In this document: piece by piece, positions 43,481-64,000 of the stretch
Numbering within the stretch: the first letter of the stretch is position 1
How the letters are laid out: every line of letters starts with the position of its first letter
Assembly (NCBI GenBank): GCA_963693365.1
Contig: CAVNZM010000005.1
Coordinates: 1,612,001-1,676,000, forward strand
Reading direction: 5' to 3'
Length of the DNA: 64,000 bases
Source of the DNA: Amoebidium appalachense
Taxonomy: Eukaryota; Protista; Ichthyosporea
Program-made: the position numbers and the translations under genes
The notes under the pieces: generated by a model
Database searches by the model: none
What the model saw: only the letters and a program-made list of their open reading frames with translations
Told to the model about the DNA's origin: nothing

Positions 43481-44803
43481 GGCCCTCCACACACGCACAC
43501 ACAAAAACACACCCCTCCTTCCCCTCCCTTCTCTTTTAAGAAAGAAAAGGAAAAAACCCTTTTTCTACGGGGGCCTCAAGAGTGCACAGTTGATCTTGCT
43601 CCCTTTACGCAAAGGGTCTTCTTCCCTATTCTGTCTTCTACGGGTTCAGGGACAGGGAGAGGGGAAAAGGGGAAGGAATGGAGTGGTGTAAAAGACAAGG
43701 AAACCATAGTCGGGCATGGCGATCACAAGCGCAGATAGTATTTTTTTTTTTCTCTTTTCTATCTTCTTGTTGTTCTCCTCCTCCTCCTCCTTCGTACCTT
43801 TTTTTTTTTTTTTTTTTTTTTTTGGGGGGGGGGGGGGGGGGGGAAGGGGAAGGGGGAGGGGGGAGTAGGGAAGAGAGGAGGGTTGGGGACGGGGACAGGA
43901 CGAGAGGAGGGGAGGGAGGAGGGAAGAGGAGAGAGTGGGGTGTTTCTGCTTCTTTCTGTTTATTTTATTCTTATTTTCATTTTTATTCGTTGTATTTTGT
44001 TTTATTTTTTTTATTTTTTTTATTTTTTTTATTTTATTTTTTTTTTTTTGGGGGGGGGGGGGGGAAGGAATAGTGCATGTCCGCATGAATAAAATACCCG
44101 CCAGGTTGTGTGCACACAGTATCTATTTCGATGATGTCCCCACCTCCACATAAGCACAGCAGTATACCCCGTACCCACTTTCAATCCCAAACACTTTGCC
44201 TCCCTCACCTACCTCCACTGTTCGACCTTACAAGCACTCATTTTTGCCTCATCTTTTTCCAGCCGGGGGGTTCTGGGGGCTGTGTTGAGAGCTACCGGCA
44301 GTGTGTGGCTGGGGGCCCACCGTGCTGTGCCGGCAGCAAGTGTGTGACCTTTGGTGGCCAGTTCAGCATGTGCCAGCCTGAACAGGTATGGCTCATCTGC
44401 TATCCCTTCTCCCCCTCCCCCCGCCCCTCCCCACTCCCCCTCTCCCCCCCCCCCCCCCCTCCCCCCCCCCCCCTCCCTTGCGCCTTTTTTTGAGGGAAGG
44501 GGGCGGGGGGGGGGGGGGGGGGGGGGAGGGGAGGGGAGGGGGGGGGGGGGGGTTGCTTTTTATTTTCCCTTTGGCGGTGGGGAAGGGAGGGGAGGGGGAG
44601 GGGAGGTAGCATGGGAAATGATGTGCATGATGATGTGCTTTCTGCCGGGTGTCTCTTGCATGCATGTGCATGGTGCCTAATAATTTTCCTGTTTCGTGTT
44701 TCGTGTTAGGTGTTATATGTGCTTTTTTCAAACATCCTCCCCCCCCCCCCCCCCCCCCCCCTGCCGCCCCCAAAAGCTCAGTTTTGAAAAGACCCACCTA
44801 CAA

Positions 44804-44835
<32 letters not shown>

Positions 44836-45285
44836 ACACACACACACCCTTCAACCTCGGGCAGCTTCTCTCTCTTTTCTTAACTGAGAACAAATATGGG
44901 CTTCAAGTTTGCCTTATCCCCTTGTGACCGAAGTTTCATTGACCGAGTAAGTTTCATTAGATGGTTCGTGATGGGTGTGTGGCTGTCCGGGTGCACAGAC
45001 TCTGTGCTCTCTCCTCCTGCACTCACCCCCATTTATCCTTGTTTTTCCCAAATGGGAAAACGGTGTGTGCCAAGCCACACCGCTCTAAATGTGTTTCGGC
45101 AGCACCTGGAATATACACACACGGTGCAAAAAAAATCCTATCATATTGCAGACAACCTAACCAGCCTCTCCCCCCCCCCCCCACCCCCCTCCCCCTCCCC
45201 CCACCGCCCCCTCTTCCCGTGCGTGCCTTTGCAAAATATGGGTTTTGTTGTCTGTTGTAAATGTGTATCTCGTAATCTGTGACAA

Positions 45286-45351
<66 letters not shown>

Positions 45352-46191
45352 CGTTTCGGCTCTATCTCTTCGAGGTTTCCTTGCTGTTTTCTAACACGAT
45401 CTACACATGTGTGTCCATCCTTTTTTTTTTACTGCATTTGTGTTCCCGACATCATCCACACAAACATCAGTGGGATCGACTTTCTCCCCCCTCCCCCCTC
45501 CCCACCCCCTTCCCCCCTCCCTCTCCCCTCCGCCCTGTTAGCCTCTCCTTCACTCTTCTCCCACCTACACACACACCCATCGCCACCCATGCTACTACAC
45601 ACTACATGTACCCAAACATGCAATGTTTCACACATCCACACACATCACTAACACCCCCGTCATCTACACACACAGCAACCGCGATCATGTGTCTCGGACT
45701 TTTCCATCTGTGGCCGTGCGGGTGACCCGACCTGCTGTAACGCCACCTCTCAGTGTGCCCCCCTCCCCAATGGAAGCTTCACCTGCCAACCCCCTCAGCC
45801 CAGTGATTGCGGCCACCAGTTAATGCCGTGTGTTCCTAACTTTCTGCCGTGCTGTGAGCGGTTAAAGTGTAGCAATGTGACACTCAAAGGTGTTCAAAAG
45901 TTTGGTCCTAGTCGAGGGAATTTTGCACTGTACCCCATTGTGGTCTATGCGTGTATGCCGGAGGGTGGAGGTGGGGGTGAGAGTGGTGGGGGCGGGGGTG
46001 GAGGAGGGGGTGGGGGTGGAGGAGGGGGTGGGGGTGGGGGTGGTGGGGGGGCGGTGGGGGTGGTGGAGGTGGCGGGGGTGGTGGGGGTGGCGGGGGTGGT
46101 AGATAGGGTTGATTTGAGCTTGTCCTTCTTGTGGCTGCCTTGCTTGAACTCTATGTATTGCCAGGTCCTGCTTGTGGGGAACTTACTATAA
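42492..46191 (+). CDS. Secreted protein with five tandem cystine-knot (ICK/knottin-like) modules and a Gly-rich tail
   Basis: Signal peptide IPLILLFATLASLPSTLA; exons ~42492-42748, 43313-43428, 44263-44385 and 45676-46191; five C-x6-C-x6/7-CC-x4/5-C-xn-C units. Confidence 0.85.
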
Positions 46192-46728
46192 AGTACTAGT
46201 AGCGGCACAACTTCGGGTTTGAGTGGTGGTGGTGGTGACGTGCGCATAAATGTGTGTGTATGGGGGGTTGGGGGAGTGGGGGGAGGGGAGGGGGGTCTTT
46301 AACCTAGAAATATTCAACCTTAAATTCATAGAACGTTGCCACAGGCCATGTTGGGTTTCCGATGGTCCCGTGTTGTAGCTATTACGAGAAGTTCGCGAGG
46401 GAGAAATAGGAACGCGAGTAGCTGCAGCAGCATACTGTGTCAAAAGCCTTGCCTGGAGTATCTCGAAGTTTTTCAGGTATAACGATTTATAGTGCCTGAC
46501 ACAACGTGTACAGTATTACCAGATGTATCATAGGAAGACAGAACACACGCACAAGGGGCGGTGCTTCAACCGATTCCCGAAACACATGTAGGTGTGAGTT
46601 CGAAAAGACTGTACTTAGGGATTTTTGAATTTGAAATGGGGGGGGGGAGAGTAGTAAATATCGACGTCCCCCCTGGTGGTACCCCCCTCTCCCCCCTCCC
46701 CCAGGTAGCCGCAGGGGTGGGTGCCCCT

Positions 46729-46759
<31 letters not shown>

Positions 46760-47142
46760 CCCCCCCCCCCTGCATGCGCGTGATCATAATATTAAAGAGT
46801 CTCCGACGTTTTCACCCACCAAAGACGGCATTCGCTTTGGCCACTGATGCATATCCCCCTCCCCCTCCCCCCCATACACATACACACACACACACACACG
46901 TGCACACACACACACGCACCTCACACACGCGTGCGCGCACCCATACATGCACACACACGCGAGCACATGGGCGGCCGTACACGCACACACACACACACAC
47001 ACACATGTATGTACACACAGTGTCACACACACACACACATGCGCGGGCGCGCGCGCACACACACACAAACGCGGGCGCGCGCGCACACACACACAAACGC
47101 GCTCGCGCACGAGCGCGCGCATACACGCACACACATACGCGC

Positions 47143-47197
<55 letters not shown>

Positions 47198-47230
47198 CCC
47201 TCTCTCTCTCTCTTCCCCGCGTTCGTGCCC

Positions 47231-47278
<48 letters not shown>

Positions 47279-47385
47279 GGACGGGGGGGGAGTATGAACC
47301 GTATGGCATATAGCCTGAGTTGCAAGTGATCAAGGAATCCTATTAGTCAGTCTGAGTCAATGTTTACGTTTTGGCATTGTATGTA

Positions 47386-47795
47386 TTTTTTTATTATTTT
47401 TTAATTTTTAATTTTTAATTTTAATTTTTAATTTTTTTATTTCTTTTTTGTTTTATCCCGTTTCACTCCCGGCGAGGCACTGCCTCAGGGGAGCTTACCG
47501 TCTTCCGCCTAGACACAGATCGTACTGTATATAGCACACTCATAAGTCAGGATTCTAATTGACCCCAACTGGCACTATTTTAATTGACCGATTTTCCAAA
47601 ATTCCCGGGATACAAGATTGATTCACCAAATTACATTGGGGTTATCCACGGTTCTAGCCGCAGCAACGCTATTGTAGGGGGCGGCCAGACCGGTGGACCG
47701 TCGAGGCAGAAAAAATTGGAAGTAACCAGGATCGATCCTGCGACTTTGAGCTTGACACGCAGAGATCTTACCATTGCACCAACCCGCCCCCCGAC
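47386..47795 (-). mobile_element. tRNA-derived SINE
   Basis: Minus-strand head with A-box TGGTGCAATGG and B-box-like GGATCGATCC; A-rich tail at 47386-47455; 13-bp TSD ggcattgtatgta at 47373-47385 and 47796-47808. Confidence 0.85.
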
Positions 47796-47910
47796 GGCAT
47801 TGTATGTAAACTGCTGCTGATTATAGTATTATTATGTGAACATGTGTTATCTGATATATTAAGTTATTAAACTTTCACATGATGTCAGCCTATGGGGTGA
47901 ATGGGTCCCT

Positions 47911-47952
<42 letters not shown>

Positions 47953-48029
47953 CTACCCTGCTCAGGTGGGTGGTGGGTCCCACCTGTCCAAAGGGGGGGT
48001 GGGTCCCCCCCCCCCCGGGCCCCTCCCCG

Positions 48030-48083
<54 letters not shown>

Positions 48084-49066
48084 CCCGCCCCCCCCCCCCC
48101 CCCCCCCCCCCTCCCCCAACGTTACTACTACCCCCCTCCCCGTTTCAAAATCAAGAAACCCTTATTAGTGACCGCCTCGGCGAGCTCCGGGGCGAGCCGG
48201 TCACCCACAATGCAGAAGTACTGTACCTTGCAGCGACCCTTCTGTATTTTTACAGACGGCAGTACTGACTGACTGGTGTAAAGAGCACTCGTTTAATGTC
48301 CTCACATCACCCACCTCAAAGTTTGCACACGGGCCGACGTGGTGACCATGTGCACGCTGAGGTATGTAAACAGTGCGATAACCCTCACTTTTAATTGGCA
48401 TTTCTAGACCCATCTGACCTGATTCGATTGGCTACTGAGGATCTTCCGTGCGGATGGCCTGGGACAGGAGTGCCCCTGGTTGCAATTGGAAGCAGACGAT
48501 CTAGATCTAGAAGCCTGAAGTTTTTTGCGTATTTTTCCCCTCTTCTGAGAAGCTTTCACAGCCCCAAGCATGCCTAAACTTTTTGAGTATATTGCGTTTT
48601 CGTATAAGTTATTTTGGAACAGGCAGGCATGTATACGTACGCGTAAACCGCTACATGGTATCATATTCATAAGATCCTTTTGTTGCACTAATTCTGATTG
48701 GCACGCACGCCAGCTGGAATCCCCCAAAACAAATGTGTGTGGGGTGGGTCCTATGTGTGTAGCATCGGATTTACGATTTTCCGAAGTTCCGACTTCCGAA
48801 CTTCCGAAATCCGGATTGAGGCCAAGGAAAAACTTCTTTACAGAAATGGGACTGCACGCTCTCCTACTATCGTAAATATTAAAAGCACTCCAAAAGGGTA
48901 TTCCGGTAGAACGAGGCTCCATTTTCCATAGCTACTAGCTACACATATGTGGAATTGGGGCGGGCCTCAAAAATTTAATGCAGCAAGTTCCCGGGAGCAT
49001 GGCTACACACATACGACCCGCCCTCAAAAAAGAAGTTTTGGGGGACTGCTAGCTGTGCGCTTTCAA

Positions 49067-49098
49067 CCAATCAGCCACTGCCGCCAGGATGTATATAA
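49067..49098 (+). promoter_or_regulatory. CCAAT and TATA boxes of the aminopeptidase gene
   Basis: ccaatcag at 49067 and tatataa at 49092, about 160 bp upstream of the ATG. Confidence 0.5.
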
Positions 49099-49256
49099 GG
49101 CGACGAGCGACCTCTTTTTTTCTGGAATTTCTTTTTTCCTGTTTACAGTTGCTAAGTCAATAAACAGGGTGCTTTCAAAACGCAAGGCGTGAGGGTAGAA
49201 ACAAAGCCTCTTAGTAAAGCAAACCATTGTTTGTCTAATAAGCAAAAGTTTCGAAG

Positions 49257-56642
<7,386 letters not shown>

Positions 56643-59595
56643 ATGTAGGCACGTGCAATGGTGTGGGTACTAAGACTATGTAGGTGGTGCTGCCAGTGCC
56701 AGCATGTGTACAAGTACAGAAGCTTATACTGATGCAAAAGCTAAGGGTCTCTGTGATATTCTTGATGAAATATTCAGCACTTCCAGACAATGGCTTTGTC
56801 TTGTATTTGTAAAGTGTTGATATTCTTAACTGTTAGTAACGATGGCACTTTCAAATGCCAGCTCGTGCCATACCATTGCAATTCTCTAAGTATTGATATG
56901 TGATTCAGAAAGCCCCCTGTTACATTCATGTTGTTGCAGTGTGCCTTTCCTGATGATCGCATAATCACAATTTTTCTGATGCAGCTATATTAAGAACAGT
57001 TGTTGTCCGTGAGGATATGAGCCGGCACTGTCATGATAACACATAGCCTCAAACAACAGAACCAGTGGTGGGTGGACGGGCTTTTCCCTGTTTCTCCTCA
57101 TCTTCCCCCTCCTCTGTTTTTCCGGCCTTGATCCACAACCCCGTGGTACAGTAGGCCCAAGTTGGGTCTTCTTTTTATGATACTGTAGAATATACTTCGC
57201 CTTTTGAGTTTCAATTACACCCTCTTTTCATGTGTGATGCACGTGACTACAGATTCACGTTTAGTATTCATCAATTATAAATGGATGAACCATACATCAC
57301 ATAGATCGATACATGTGTGCACGTAATTACACGTTTGCCTCGAGGTAGCCTTGTCGGCCGTGACATTGTGCTTCTTGTGTGTGTTTGCCCTACCTGTTTT
57401 GTTTACAGTACCGGCCTCGACATGTGCCAGTGCCACGACCTACATGACCACTGTGCGCACTTCCCCTATCACCGTCCGACAAACACATGTTGCCTGTGGG
57501 CGGAGCGTGCCAAACCGCAGCTGCACAGCTCTGTGCTACCGTGGGTTTAGGGAGCGCCAGCTTCATGCGAGCGGATTGGCAGCCCTGGAAGTTTAGGGGG
57601 TCTGAGTGGCTCACTGAAGAGGCTCTATGATACGTCAGTATACGTAGGTATAGTATATACAGAAGTCCGGTGGATTCTACTTGCGTTTTATTGCATTATG
57701 TAAAGGAAAGCTGAAGTGGCTTGTATCATTTAACTGATAGATGAAAAGGAGACATTTGTTATTCATTATAGTTATGGTGCAGTGCTCTTTGTCCATTGCC
57801 ACTGGCAATGCACGCGTCAGACTCTACACACCCAAGTACCGTAGTACACGCACGCGCAGTGACGTACACGCGTACTCCTGATGGGCACTCGTATCCCTAA
57901 ATGTAATATTATGTACGCCGAATTAGCCCCAAGTACCTGCAAATAATGTAACTGCTCAATTTTTTTTGTTCTTCAGTTTGCTTTCAAAGAAAAACTGCGG
58001 ATGTTTGTTGCCCTTTTTCCCCTCATGCTGTGCTTCGTGGTCTGACTATATACCACTTCCCTACTGATGTGCTTCTCACTGATTGGCTCACTAATTTGGT
58101 TGTTGTTACCATATAAAGTAATACGCATACCAGTTCCGTCAGCAACTGACTTTTCACCAATCAAACAGCACCAATATCATGGATTGCCAGGGCCATTGCT
58201 TTTGTTACCACCTCAATGACGTCCTCTCCTCTCAGTGACCCACCTGCAGCTGCCTGTTCCTTTCTACCCTCTCACACGGCACAGACACGCATTACCTCTG
58301 CGTGGTGTTCTCTACCCCATATATCTTTACTTCGATTTCTTTTTAGACCGTGCAAGAACAAACAAGAGTTGCAAGGTTCCCCTTCGAAGCCCCAAGCACG
58401 CGGTGGTGAGGTGCGTTTCTGTTGAATGAAGTATACATGTTCTTGATCTGGTGGTTGTGTTGGGACTGTGCGTGTTGATTCACACTGTTTTCTTTCGTTT
58501 ATCGAACCGAGCTTAATATCTTGCACACATTCTTGTACTGTATACCTATTGGTATCCCTGTAGAGCATACTCCCCCCTCCCCTTTGAAACCTAAAAATTG
58601 GTAGGTTGCTGCTGTAGGTCCTACGTGTGGCTGCCGTAGAAGAAACCTATATTATTCTTTTTCTCCCCTCTTTGCCTGGTGATGTTTGTGCACCTGCTCG
58701 TACCCTCTGAATCTTTTGCTACCTAGCCCAAGATATCTACTATGTTTTTGACCTAACCTTTAATAGTCTGAATGCCTGTTACACAAACACATGAAGAGGT
58801 TGGTATGAGTGAGGGTGACATTTCTTCCCCTCCTTTGACAGGGGTGTTTTTTTTTTTTTTTTTGGTTCCGTGCACCTGTTTCCGCCCGTACATTATCTTG
58901 TGTATCATTTTATGGGATTAAAACAATTATTCAGAATATTTTTCCGGATTGTGCTTCTCTTCTTGCCTGTGGCGGTCAATGGGCCGTGCCTTCCACCGAG
59001 TTTCGTGTTCAAGTTGTCTGCAAATTGGTCTAAGCTTTCTCACGTGTCACCCTTTGATAGACCAATGTGCTCCTTTTTTTTTTTTTTTTTTTTTTTTTTT
59101 GTCTTTCCATCACGGTTCATGTAAGAGATTTTTTTCCCCCTTAAATATGGAATCGAGCACTTTGATTCTCCTTCGTATTTTTCTTTTTGGCACTCCTTGA
59201 AAAGGCACCCATAGGATCAATTGAAAACCTCCTGTTCATGTGGATACGTCGCTCTTTTGGCCACACTTGTGTTCACTCCCCTATTACATCATCCCCCCCC
59301 CTCCCCCCCCCCCCCCCCCCCTCACATGTGTGTGTAAATGTATGTATGTATGTATGTATGTATGTATGTATGTATCTTATCAGTATGCATGGCACAAATA
59401 TAATGTACTCGTAGCGAATAATATCAACGTCATTAACAATCGTATCCCCCCCCCCCCCCCCCCCCCCCACCCCCTGGGGTAATTAGGGTAATTAAGAAAG
59501 AATAGTTTAAAGAAAGGGGGGGGGGGGGGGGGGGGGGGGAGGGGGGGGGGGGGAGGAAGGAAGGAAGAAAGGCCAGCCCTATTTTCAACCTTGAA

Positions 59596-59627
<32 letters not shown>

Positions 59628-59644
59628 AAAAAAAAAAAAAAGGA

Positions 59645-59686
<42 letters not shown>

Positions 59687-60209
59687 GGAAAATAAAACTA
59701 CGAATTAGATAGAAGAAAGTACGGATGACGGAAAGGCATCAGATCAGATCCCTGGCCATGCACTGCGCAGGGTGTGGAGTAACCGTGACTATTTCCCATA
59801 GTTACCTGTTTTGGTAATGCAATTCGAAACAAACAATAATGCTCCCTGAGCGTTTAAATTCCTTCCGCTTTTGGACTAAGATACACACCTGTTGATAAAA
59901 CAGTCGGGGTTCTATGATTCAAGGTACCAGTTTACTGCGAGGGACCCTGTTTTAGAATTGACCTTTGGTTTGTCATGGGCATGTGCAAATCGGTTGTGAG
60001 GTGCTTGGTATCAGTTTTTCTCTTATGTTCCCTCTTTTTTTTTTTCTTTTTTTTTTTTGCTTTTTTTGTTGCTGTTTGTTGTTTCTGTTGTGTTTGCCGA
60101 GAACGGGTTTACCAACCACTAAAACCTCCATTCCCGCAGATCTCTTTGAACACACTTAGGCACACGTTCAGCTCAGCACCTACCACCAATAGTCTACATT
60201 GCATTTACC

Positions 60210-60406
60210 ATGGCGGTTTCCGGCAAAAAAGAGGGTGCCTGTGTTGCTGTGAATGGTGACGTCACAGGGGGCATAGTCATGGGGGGACAGCTTGAGGACA
60301 TGTGTCTGCGTCCTAGCAGCTCTTCACTCTATGCAGTAAGCCCTCTCTCTTACGCCACCCCCCATCCCACCCCCACCCCCTTAACCCCAACCCCACAATT
60401 TAATAA

Positions 60407-60480
<74 letters not shown>

Positions 60481-60999
60481 CGTGTACACCGCGTGTGTAC
60501 ACAAGCGTGCCGCGCACGAACACCCACTGCTTCTCCAAATGTCCTGTGTGTTAGCACATCATTTTTCAGAGTTATTCATGCTTACACCCTGGACCCTAAT
60601 GTAGGTCATTTATTGGATTGGCGCTAATCAGTGGGGTTATTTTGGAGTTTGAAAAGAAGATGAAGAATGCAAGCAGTTATGCGGCCCAAAGGTCGCAGGA
60701 GGTAGATCTTAATTTTTAAGAGAAACTTTATTGAAAATAGACTTTGTGTCGGTTTGATCGTACGGTGAATAGAGGAAACAGTCGGGAAGTGTCAGCATTA
60801 GGTGCTACACACCGAATAGATAGTGGTACGTATGGTATGTGGATTGTAGATCATTCAGGAATGCATGCTGAACTTCAACCAATCAGATGGTGTCCTTGAA
60901 GGCCCCAGGCACAGTGCCCGCCACCCGGCCTGCCCTTGACCTCGTGGCTGTTGTGGACTGCTCCGGATCCATGGTGTGGGTGTGTGGATGTGTGTGTGT

Positions 61000-61033
<34 letters not shown>

Positions 61034-64000
61034 TACATGTGTGCGCGGGTGTGCATTCTTGCGTGCTTGTTGTGTGTTCGTGTGTGTACTGGTAAGCACA
61101 ACTACCACTGGTGCACACGTGGAGCATTCGTAGGCATGTGTGTGCTGCAGCATGCACACATCAGTGCACAGATATGGCGTGGTATGGGTGCGCTAACAAT
61201 CATGGAAGTACCACAGCATGATGTGTGCACAACTTTGTTCTCTCAACTGTGCAAAATGACATACGAGTCGGTGGGGTTATGTTAAACAATGCGCAGTAGT
61301 TTTGGTGGGTAGTGGTGCTTTGCCATCTATTTACCTCTCTGTGTGTTTCGTGCGCTTTGCGCCTGTGTGTGCGCACGTGTGTGCGCATGCGTCTGTGTGC
61401 ATGTGTTTGTGTGTGTACGTGTGGGTACCTTTTGGTTTTTGCGAATTCATTGTCCCCTGGTTCTGTTGGGGTGTTCTGCATGTGCTATGGGTGGAGATAT
61501 TAACAATTCGTTTTGATTGGACAGAGCGGAGACAAGCTGAAACTGGTCCGGGAGGCTCTTAACACCATGATGACCCAGGTGGATTACCCCCCCCCCCCCC
61601 CTCCTCCCCCCCCCCCCCCCCCCCCCCCCCCCGGGGCGCCTAAATGGACACACACAGGGCGCACCCCTCTCCTCGTCCACAAATTTGTGTATTTGGTGTG
61701 TGTTTTCTTTGCATTTTTCGGCCACCGAGGATGAAGAATATATGTAGTTACATGTTGATCTTTATGTTTTATTCTTAGGATTTCATGCTAACTCGTGCAT
61801 TTCAGCTTCACCACCGCGACCGTGTGGCCTTGATCTCCTTTGACTCAGGTAACCATCACTCCCCTCCCTCCCCCTTCTTCCCGGGCCAACTGCTACTAAC
61901 AACGGTCGTTCATCAAACATTTACATTTGTCCTGGTGTGGGATAAAAGGGGGGATACATTAGAGGGGAGGTGGGTAGTGGTCGTTTCTAGAAGGGAAAAG
62001 GAGATGGAGAGGGGGGAGTGGGGAGGTTGGGTTATGTATGTCCTAGCAAAGCTTACGGTTCCGTGTGTGAACAACGACGCAAGAAGCAAAAGGGAATTAA
62101 TGAGGGGTAAATCAGCATAATTACATCTGTATAGCCGCACCACATAACCCTTCTAACTGATATTGCTGCTCCGCAGATGTGTCTGTGGAGATGACTCTGA
62201 CCCCAATGGACGGAGAGGGCAAGACCGCAGTCAACAGAAGGTGTGTATATCTTAATCCCCTCCCCCCCACCCCCCCCCCCCCCATCCTACCTCCGCGCAG
62301 AGTAAAGTTCATAAGAACAGAAAACGGCCTCTCGGCCATTACTTTAGAAGCATATGAGCGAACAGTGAAAGGAATATGTTGGGATTCACAGAACTTCAAG
62401 AAGAAACCTCTGCACTGCACAAAACGGCGCACACGAGAGACACACATGTACATGCGGGGCAAAACCTGCACACACACAGACACTCAAGCGAGCACACAAG
62501 GTTTGCTTACGTGTGGCCACATTTCCCACACATTCCTCCTCCCTCCCTCCCTCCCCCCCCCCCCCCCCCCCCCCCCCCCCCGCCCCTCGCGCCCCATACA
62601 CACACACACTCTCTCTCTCTCTTCTTGGGGACAGCAGACAGATTCGTACCCCAACCACCTCTCTGACAAAACCCCCCCTTGCCCCACTCGCCTCTTCCTC
62701 CCCTCCACACCCACCCACAGGCTCAATCGCATGGGCGGGGGCTCTATGACGGACCTTGGGGGGGGTCTTTTGCAGGCATACTCACTGCTTGCAGACACCC
62801 AGGGCACAGACCTGGCCAACCACATGAGCACCATCCTGCTGTTTACTGACGGCCAGGTGCGCACTAATAGTGTTTTAGAAAGGGGGGAGGAAAGGAGGGC
62901 AAAATTGCAAAAGAAAGGAAATAACAAAATAAACCCTGCATGCATGTGCCACGTTTCCAGTGCCATATTTCTTGCTGAGTTATACAATCACCTCACCTCT
63001 CACCCAGCCACACCCAAGGCAAACCTGAAACCATACACCTAGACACCCGTGCAGTCCCTCCCCCCCCCCCTCCCCCCCCCCCCCCCCCCCCGCTTCGGCC
63101 CCCCCCTCCTGCCCGTTCCAAAAAAAAAAAAAAGAACAACTCACACACACGAAAATACAGTGCCACAGACCCCCCCCCCTCCCCCCCACCCCTTCCCCCC
63201 CAACCCCCTCAACCCAAAAACAATATTTTTCCATTCTCACCCCCTCATTCTTCCCTCACTCCCCCCCCCCCCCCTCTCCCCCAGGCCAACATCCACATGA
63301 CGCACAAGGAGGAGATAGTCAGGGCCGTGCAGTCTGCTGCCTCCATCCTCACCACTCAGGCCCAGCCCATGGGGTACCATCCCCCCCCCCCCCCCCCCTA
63401 CCCCTCCCCGCCTTCCCCACCACACATTCTTCCCCCCCTCCGCCCCGCCTTCCCCCCTCCCCCTACCTCCCACACCGCCGCCGCCGCCCTCTCTCCCTCC
63501 CCCCCCTCACCCCCCCCCCCCCTCCCTCCCCATCCTCTCCCTTCCTCCCCCTCCTCCCACCTCTTCTCCAAATCTTCTTATTTGATCCCCCTCCCCTCCC
63601 TCCTCCCATTTTTTCCACAATCCCCTCTGCGGCTGTAACGGTGTCACCGAAGCTCCATTCCACTGCTCTACCACCCAGCCCTGTCCCTTTTTGTGAAGTC
63701 TCTATTGTCTATGAGTCCCATCCATTTGAGTCACAGTCTCACGTTCATTTTGTCTCTTCTTGTTTGTTACCCCTCCCCCCCCCCCCCCCTCCCTCCCCTT
63801 TCCCCCCCCCCCCCCCTTCCCCTGCCCCCTCCCCCTCCCCTCCCCCCCCCCCTCCCCCCCCCCTCCCCCCCCCCCCCCCCCCCCGGCGGACGCCGCCGCC
63901 CCAGGACTCCCCCCCGACACCTTCATCTCCTACCTCTTCCCCGTACATCGCCTCTTTTTCCTTTCTGAAGAGCAAGTAGAGGGACAAACCTCAAAGCCCA
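60210..64000 (+). CDS. von Willebrand factor A domain protein (MIDAS intact), 3' end beyond the window
   Basis: Spliced LYA|MVSLKAP...LDLVAVVDCSGSM|SGDKLKLV...DRVALISFDS...GSMTDLGGGL...ILLFTDGQ|AN. Confidence 0.88.

Noticed and set aside
47715-47792. Functional tRNA gene
   Set aside because: The acceptor and anticodon stems pair poorly, and it is the head of a TSD-flanked SINE.
57000-58600. Short ORFs downstream of LTA4H
   Set aside because: No motifs and no consistent splice model.

Overview
Intron-rich eukaryotic DNA saturated with poly-C/poly-G, (CA)n and (GA)n tracts; most entries in the ORF track are low-complexity artefacts. The left ~29 kb is a nested transposon cluster. It holds a decayed OTU-protease gene fragment; a young 7-kb Ty3/Gypsy chromovirus with no recognisable capsid gene; a Tc1/mariner-type TIR element carrying a cargo ORF that is itself interrupted by nested retroposons; two hAT-like TIR elements; and a 5.6-kb element with 29-bp TIRs, an 8-bp TSD and a CXC-type domain. 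The right ~35 kb holds spliced host genes: a small membrane protein, a J-domain protein, a SCHIP1/FEZ-like coiled-coil protein, a secreted five-knottin protein, leukotriene A4 hydrolase, and a vWA protein running off the window end. A tRNA-derived SINE also lies in this part. Exon structures were read by eye, and several frameshifts fall in homopolymers and may be sequencing errors. The genome style suggests a unicellular opisthokont, but that is inference only.
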